Source of the DNA: an uncultured archaeon
Lineage (GTDB): Archaea; Nanohalarchaeota; Nanosalinia; Nanosalinales; Nanosalinaceae
Assembly (NCBI GenBank): GCA_964421955.1
Contig: CAYQYU010000002.1
Location: forward strand, 18,755-82,754
Direction of reading: 5' to 3'
Length of the DNA: 64,000 bases
Of the stretch, positions 58,686 through 64,000 are shown piece after piece (within the stretch, counting starts at the first letter, position 1; the number at the start of each line of letters is the position of its first letter). The position numbers were made by a program, and so were the translations under genes. The notes beneath the pieces are model-generated. The model did no database searches. It was given only the letters and a program-made list of their open reading frames with translations, and was not told where the DNA came from.

Positions 58686-59092
58686 CCCTCCAGTCTCCTC
58701 TTCTTCAGCACCGACTTTGTAACAGTTTCCTCTACACCTTCAACTCCTCTCAGTTCATCCAGATCGTTGTTCAACTCTTCAGTGCTTCCACGATCGATCA
58801 GTAGAACAAGGTCGTGTTCACCAGTCACCTCAAGAACAGTCATTCCACCGGGAAATTTCTCGATAATCTCTCCGGGATCGGCACCCATCGAGAGTTTTAC
58901 CAGCACGACCGCGGAGATGCCGTTACGGGAAACATCCACGGTAAAACGCTCAATGGTTCCGTCCTCAAGCATCCTGTCAACACGGTTCCTGACTGTTCCC
59001 TCGGAAACACCTATCTCCCGGGCTATTTCGGTGTAGGATATCCGGCCGTTTTCTTCCAGAATATCAAGTATTTCCCGGTCTTTTTCGTCCAT
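58679..59092 (-). CDS. Lrp/AsnC family regulator
   Basis: MDEKDREIL..L..NGRISYTEIA..IGVSEGTVRNRV; VTGEHD. Confidence 0.95.
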   Translation of the reverse strand: MDEKDREILDILEENGRISYTEIAREIGVSEGTVRNRVDRMLEDGTIERFTVDVSRNGISAVVLVKLSMGADPGEIIEKFPGGMTVLEVTGEHDLVLLIDRGSTEELNNDLDELRGVEGVEETVTKSVLKKRRLEGQ

Positions 59093-59145
59093 AAAGGCGT
59101 TTCTGTTCCTGAAAAGTTAAAACTTTCTGCGAGAATCGAAACCTG

Positions 59146-59220
59146 CACAAGTTTGACTTCCTCTATCCTTCACGAACAGATAGAGAGTTATCACACAAGT
59201 TTGACTTCCTCTATCTGTTC
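59146..59220. repeat. Direct-inverted-direct duplication of a gene 3' end
   Basis: CACAAGTTTGACTTCCTCTATC exact at 59146-59167 and 59194-59215; GAACAGATAGAG (59174-59185) is the inverse of 59209-59220. Confidence 0.9.
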
Positions 59221-59817
59221 CACCCCACCCTCGTCACCTATAGTGACCGAGAATGCCTTGCCGGTCTCCTCGGCCGCGGCGTTGAGAACTGGAGTCCCCA
59301 TAAGATCGTAGCGGCCGAAGTCCTCATGCACGTGTCCCGAGAGCCAGATCGCGGGCTTCTCCCTGATTATTATCTCCCGGAACTGCTCGAAGCCTATGCG
59401 GCGGCCGGAGTGTACGCGATCCCCGAGCTTGTGCGGCGGGTAGTGAGATCCAATTATGACTTTAGACGGGTCGCCGTGCTCCTCTATGAGATCGATGACT
59501 TTTTGCCTCACATCGTCAGGAAAGTCCCCGCCGATCAGTATAACCAGATACTCGTCGTCAACAGTTGCCTCGAGAAAGTTGAAGACTGGAACTTCCGAAT
59601 CGAGAAACTCGTCGCTGAAGGTCATGTCCCTGTTGCCGGTGCACCCGATAGAGGGAATTTCTATGCTCTCAAACAGATCACGGGCATATTCCTGGTCCAT
59701 GTAGTCGCCAAGGTTGATAAACAGATCGTAGTCGCCAGAGTTCGCCTCCTCAATCGCGGCCTCCTTCAGGTCTTCCTTGGAGTGGAAGTCGCTGGTTACA
59801 AGCATCTTCAGGGACAT
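59191..59817 (-). CDS. Calcineurin-like metallophosphoesterase
   Basis: SDFH, GD, GNRD, SH.PP, GHVHE. Confidence 0.92.
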   Translation of the reverse strand: MSLKMLVTSDFHSKEDLKEAAIEEANSGDYDLFINLGDYMDQEYARDLFESIEIPSIGCTGNRDMTFSDEFLDSEVPVFNFLEATVDDEYLVILIGGDFPDDVRQKVIDLIEEHGDPSKVIIGSHYPPHKLGDRVHSGRRIGFEQFREIIIREKPAIWLSGHVHEDFGRYDLMGTPVLNAAAEETGKAFSVTIGDEGGVEQIEEVKLV

Positions 59818-59917
59818 GGATAACCTCTAAGCTATAAAAATCTTATAAGCGCACTGCCGGATAGGAAAAGCTGTTGAGACATCCATAAAATTATTGATTT
59901 CGAAGTAATAATATAAT

Positions 59918-60955
59918 ATGGTGGAGGTAACTCTTGTCAACACTCATATGCATCCTCCAGAGTCAAATGACCTGGAGAACCAGTACAGCGATCTAAAAGA
60001 TGATTTTGAAGGTCACTGGGCGGATCCATTCGAGATGCATGAAAAACTGGACTCGGACATAGGCCTAGTCTCCACACTTACCAACCACCATGAACCAGGC
60101 AGCTCTTTCGAGCGATATCTAGAGCAGGCAGAGATAGATAATGAAATCAGCGTCACGGAAGAGAGGGATAGCTGGTTCACATACGAACTTGGTGGGAAGA
60201 GAGGATCTATTGTAAATGGATGTGAGTCTTCGACAGGGTTCGGGCGACACTCACATTTCGTCCATGCTTTCGTTCCTAAAGACTACCAAGAACTCCAGGC
60301 AGGCCTGGATAGAGAGCAGCTCCACGATATTTCCGAGGATATACCACTTAACTGGGTTGCACATGCTAATGCACCGGGCAACTCAACGCCTGATGGAGAG
60401 ATTGATGCGTTCCTGGAAGAAGGAGAAAAAAGGGACTTTGAAGCTCATCTCGGGTTCTCGCAGGGCTACTCCCCCACTATAAACTCGATCTCGACTGGAG
60501 ACTTTCCCTATCTCGATCTTATCCGCGGCCCGGGATCAGAGCTTCACGATAAAGCCGAGGAATACGATTGTTCTCTAGTTCCTGAGCTGGACTGGCATGC
60601 ACCGGTACCGCCCAGATGTCAAGGTTTGGGTGTTGTTGAAGGCGACAGTATTCTAGCCGCTCTGGAAGGAGGTGACATACCTTACGACCATTTAAGGAAT
60701 ATGGATGCGGTAGGGAAGAAATTTTATGAGAGGCCTTTGACAGGGGTAGGCCTTACATGGCAGCATCAGTTACGTAACTATCCTGGTGCTTTGAGCAGAA
60801 TAAGTGATTCTCTAGCCGACTTGGCGGTAGAAAGATGGGATAACAAAGAGAACTACCATGAGTTAAAGGAGGAGGCTCTTGAAACATACGAAGATGTTTC
60901 CGCAGATTATGTTCTTGATAGAGCCTATAGCCCTATGACTGAGAGACCTATCTAG
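59918..60955 (+). CDS. Divergent PHP-domain-like metallo-phosphoesterase
   Basis: NTHMH, TNHH, GCE, H, AH, DWH in PHP order. Confidence 0.6.
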   Translation: MVEVTLVNTHMHPPESNDLENQYSDLKDDFEGHWADPFEMHEKLDSDIGLVSTLTNHHEPGSSFERYLEQAEIDNEISVTEERDSWFTYELGGKRGSIVNGCESSTGFGRHSHFVHAFVPKDYQELQAGLDREQLHDISEDIPLNWVAHANAPGNSTPDGEIDAFLEEGEKRDFEAHLGFSQGYSPTINSISTGDFPYLDLIRGPGSELHDKAEEYDCSLVPELDWHAPVPPRCQGLGVVEGDSILAALEGGDIPYDHLRNMDAVGKKFYERPLTGVGLTWQHQLRNYPGALSRISDSLADLAVERWDNKENYHELKEEALETYEDVSADYVLDRAYSPMTERPI

Positions 60956-61066
60956 TCTTCACTGTGCTCCAACGCCTCAAATCCGGGTCTCTATGCGATC
61001 GTCGTCCATAGGATTGCCCATTCTACCATTATAGAAATAGAAAAAGGAGGGGCTTGAAGGATGCAA

Positions 61067-62005
61067 CTAATTCTCCTCGAGCTGCTCATCGAGGCCAAGA
61101 CCCTCGGCGAGGTTGTGATATCCCTTCCTGATAGTGACCTCGGTAACTCCCACCGTGTCTGCGACGTCTTTCTGGGAGACTTCTTTCCCCGCTATCCTTG
61201 CCGCGAGATAAAGTGCCGCGGCCACTATGCTGTCTGGGCTTCTACCGGCGAGAAGGTTCTCTTCGCTTGCGTCCCTGATGATCTGCCTCGCGCTGGCCTG
61301 CACCTTTCCAGGAAGCCCAAGCTGCTCTGCGAAACGGGGAATGAAGTCCTCGGGGTTGACCGGGACTATCCGGAGGTCGAGCTCGCGGGCGACGTAGCGG
61401 TAGTTCTTCCCTAGCTCTCTTTCGCTTACTCCGCCTTCTTCCGCGATCTCGGACATCGTTCTCGGGATACCCTGGTTCCTCGCGACGATGTAGATCAGTG
61501 CGGAGGCGATCGCCTCGATCCTTCTACCCTTAACGATCTCCTGGTCGAGCGCCTTCTCGTAGAGCCTCGATGCCTCCTCAAGGACGGACTCGGGAAGGCC
61601 AAGAACGTCCGCAAGCCGCGACATCTCGCTGAGTGCGAACTTCATCCTGCGCTCGCGGGACTCGTCAAGCCGTCTCTGCCACTTCCTCATCCTGTGGTAC
61701 TGTCCGCGCTTCTGTGGAGAGACCTGGCTCATGCTTCCCCTGCCTCTACCGATCTCTGTCCTTATACCGCGGGAAGGCTCAGTGTAAGTTACTGGCCTTC
61801 CAGTTCTCTCCTTCCTCTCACGCTCCTCAGCGGTAAATGCGCGTGGAGAAGCTGATTCCTGGACCCTCTCCTCTTCAATCACTGTACCACAGTTCTGGCA
61901 GATAAGCTCGCCCTCGGGCGTCTCACGGATACGGGAGGAGCCGCATTCAGGGCATTTCAGGATTGCATCCTGGTCTTTGTCAGAACTTTCGGAATTTTCC
62001 GGCAC
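61067..62005 (-). CDS. tfb: Transcription initiation factor IIB
   Basis: CPECGS..CQNCG Zn ribbon, two cyclin repeats, VTEVTIR. Confidence 0.96.
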   Translation of the reverse strand: MPENSESSDKDQDAILKCPECGSSRIRETPEGELICQNCGTVIEEERVQESASPRAFTAEERERKERTGRPVTYTEPSRGIRTEIGRGRGSMSQVSPQKRGQYHRMRKWQRRLDESRERRMKFALSEMSRLADVLGLPESVLEEASRLYEKALDQEIVKGRRIEAIASALIYIVARNQGIPRTMSEIAEEGGVSERELGKNYRYVARELDLRIVPVNPEDFIPRFAEQLGLPGKVQASARQIIRDASEENLLAGRSPDSIVAAALYLAARIAGKEVSQKDVADTVGVTEVTIRKGYHNLAEGLGLDEQLEEN

Positions 62006-62359
62006 TTAGAACCACCAATATCTTTATTCGACCCCAAGATTAAAGTCTATTACGCCCTAGACTTCCCAAAATATCTGAATTTTTTTTACACTCTACTATA
62101 TATGTTTGAATTAGAAAAACTGTCCTATAAAATATTTTTAAACTATGAAGGCATCTTATAACAGGCTTCAGACAATATAGAAGATTTTAAAGTCTATCTG
62201 AGTTATTTGAAGAATTCTGGAGGCTTTGTTGGCTTCCCGGTAACCGGCATCCCACAACCTGGCTGCAATAAAGCATCACATATATTCCCATGAAGGTGTT
62301 TTATTGCCTTTGAACGGCTGTAAGATTGCTTTAATAAGTGAGCGAGTAATTTCTACCTG

Positions 62360-62989
62360 ATGCTCTTTGAAGACCGGGGGGAAGCGGGGGAAAGACTCGC
62401 TGCTCTACTTATGGAGAAGAATGTCGAGGCCGATCTTGTCCTGGCGATTCCGCCGGGAGGAATAGAGGTCGGCAAGAAAGTCGCGGAGGCTCTAAATGCT
62501 CCGCTGGATGTTCTCGTGTCGAAGGAAATCTCGGCGCCTGAACGCACCGTGATGTCTATCGGTGCCGTGACTTCTGATGGGACTCTATGGCTCGAGGACG
62601 ATCTCGTCGAGGAGATGCGTGTCAACCCGGGTTACATCGAGCGCGAAATGAAGATGAAAAGAGAGGCCGCGAAGGAGGAGCGGGAAAGCTACCGCAGGGG
62701 AGAACCCGATCTCAGGAACCGTAGAGTCCTGATAGTAGACCAGGGCCTCAACACCGGCTTCAAACTGACCGCGGCCGCGGGACAGGCCCTGAAGAGAGGT
62801 GCATCAAAGGTAACTGTCGGCATCCCGCTCGCACCGCAGCACACGATTGCGAAGCTGGAGAGAATTGTCGACCGCGCGCTGAGCGTGGAGACACCGCGGT
62901 TCGTCAACTCGGTTGAGGACTGCTATGGCTCTCTAGAAACTGTCTCCCACCGCGAGGTTGTGGAGCACCTTGAGAAGGCGACTCCTTAG
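62360..62989 (+). CDS. Phosphoribosyltransferase family protein
   Basis: FEDR.EAG..LA; IVDQGLNTG (degenerate PRPP loop). Confidence 0.85.
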   Translation: MLFEDRGEAGERLAALLMEKNVEADLVLAIPPGGIEVGKKVAEALNAPLDVLVSKEISAPERTVMSIGAVTSDGTLWLEDDLVEEMRVNPGYIEREMKMKREAAKEERESYRRGEPDLRNRRVLIVDQGLNTGFKLTAAAGQALKRGASKVTVGIPLAPQHTIAKLERIVDRALSVETPRFVNSVEDCYGSLETVSHREVVEHLEKATP

Positions 62990-63357
62990 ACCAGGAAGTC
63001 TTCCATATCGCCGGCGTCCATGAGATCTTCTATGACGTACTCGAACGCTTCTTCCCTTGTGGCAAACCTCTCGACATCGTGAGCGCCGAACCTTCCCGGC
63101 CTCCTGCCCACCATGTAGCGTTCACCGTTCTCTACTTCTTCCGGGTCCATTATGCGATGGTAGTCCTGTATGAAGTATTCCTCCTCTCCCCTGACCCTGT
63201 AGATGTAGAGTTCCGGCGTGAATGCGAAGCTATCTTCGACTCCTGTTTCCTCGTGGAGCACCTCAAAGTCGAGGTTATCTAAACCGGTTTTGAGACGGAC
63301 AGTTCTTCCCTGATTTTGAGAAGTTTCCTGGCTGACAGATTCTCCTTTGACCCCCAT
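62986..63357 (-). CDS. Hypothetical acidic protein
   Basis: 123 aa ORF. Confidence 0.65.
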   Translation of the reverse strand: MGVKGESVSQETSQNQGRTVRLKTGLDNLDFEVLHEETGVEDSFAFTPELYIYRVRGEEEYFIQDYHRIMDPEEVENGERYMVGRRPGRFGAHDVERFATREEAFEYVIEDLMDAGDMEDFLV

Positions 63358-63517
63358 GGTTCTTTTCCATTATTCTGGAATCTCGTTTTTGAAGCCTCCC
63401 GAGAACTTATAAGCCGGAGTAAACCATTATTCCTCTAGTAGTCCATTAATTTCTGTGTGGTCGACTATATCAAACCCTTAAGGTTTCAGGTGCCAATTCT
63501 CTAACCGGGAGAAAGAA

Positions 63518-63733
63518 ATGACAAACGCTGTCCTGAGAATACTCTGGTTCGTCTTCGTCGGCTGGTGGCTCGGCCTGGTATGGTTCCTGCTCTGCCTCTT
63601 TTTGATGGCGACGATAGTTTTTCTCCCGGTCGGTGCCTGGGCGGTAACGAAGACCTGGAAGATAATGACGCTCCAGCGATCGCCGAGGAAGGTAGTGGTG
63701 AAGACCGAGGAGAAGATGAAGGAGAAGTCCTAG
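63518..63733 (+). CDS. YccF-domain membrane protein
   Basis: ILWFVFVGWWLG..W.......TIV.LPVG. Confidence 0.88.
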   Translation: MTNAVLRILWFVFVGWWLGLVWFLLCLFLMATIVFLPVGAWAVTKTWKIMTLQRSPRKVVVKTEEKMKEKS

Positions 63734-63981
63734 AAGACAGCGGATGGACTGTAGTCTTTCTCCCCGCATTCGAGACAGGCCGCGGCCCGGTAAGGAGTGG
63801 CGGAGAAGTTGGTGTCGCTTTCCGGGCTTGTATCCACTATGGCAATCCGGGCGTAGTGATCGGTCTAGTATCCGCATTCGGCGCATTCCTCACTTACCGG
63901 TTCTATATCGGCACCGTTCTCAAGTATCTCCTCTACCTCTGACTCGAACTCTCCGGAGAACTTTTCAAGGCTGATCGCCAT
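63730..63981 (-). pseudogene. Zinc-ribbon protein interrupted by an in-frame TAG
   Basis: ...EECAECGY*TDHY...FSATPYRAAACLECG...; TAG at 63865-63867. Confidence 0.7.
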
Positions 63982-64000
63982 ATTAGCCAATAAGGTCGAT

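Noticed and set aside
59146-59215. Mini CRISPR array
   Set aside because: Only two copies, one is coding sequence, the spacer is an inverted copy of the flank, and there are no cas genes
62006-62350. Replication origin or hidden gene in the AT-rich gap upstream of tfb
   Set aside because: No ORB/G-string repeats or adjacent cdc6 seen, and the candidate reading frame is stop-interrupted; probably a promoter region
63865-63867. Pyrrolysine or amber recoding
   Set aside because: TAG terminates many conserved genes in this window, and no pyl genes are seen

Overview
A gene-dense stretch of archaeal chromosome with a strongly Glu/Asp-rich proteome, TATA-type promoters just upstream of start codons, TFB, aMBF1, class I LysRS and intron-containing tRNAs. 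This combination best fits a halophilic DPANN archaeon (Ca. Nanohaloarchaeota-like); that assignment is inference, not a database result. Most of the window is housekeeping or stress genes: hisS, YchF-type NTPase, DEAD-box helicase, csp, nrdR-nrdJ with NrdR boxes, PINA ATPase, nfo, sod, pcm, glmS, lysS, pyrE, nfi and tfb, plus many small hypothetical, secreted or membrane proteins. There are five tRNA genes, and four of them carry introns. The most unusual signals are non-coding. (1) Two tRNA-Ala isoacceptors carry homologous 69-71 nt introns with a conserved core and a covarying hairpin. (2) tRNA-Glu has a non-canonical D-loop intron (21/22). (3) The tRNA-Trp intron retains a Cm34 guide. (4) A direct-inverted-direct 3'-end duplication recurs after both a tRNA gene and a protein gene. 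(5) An unassigned ~200 nt structured RNA candidate lies beside hisS. Also present: a decayed integrative island at tRNA-Leu with tandem PH-domain membrane proteins, a CBS-HPF hibernation-factor-like gene, an acidic histone-fold/coiled-coil protein, three interrupted genes, and small ORFs missed by the ORF track. No CRISPR array, rRNA or intact transposase was seen. All family calls are from motif recognition by eye.
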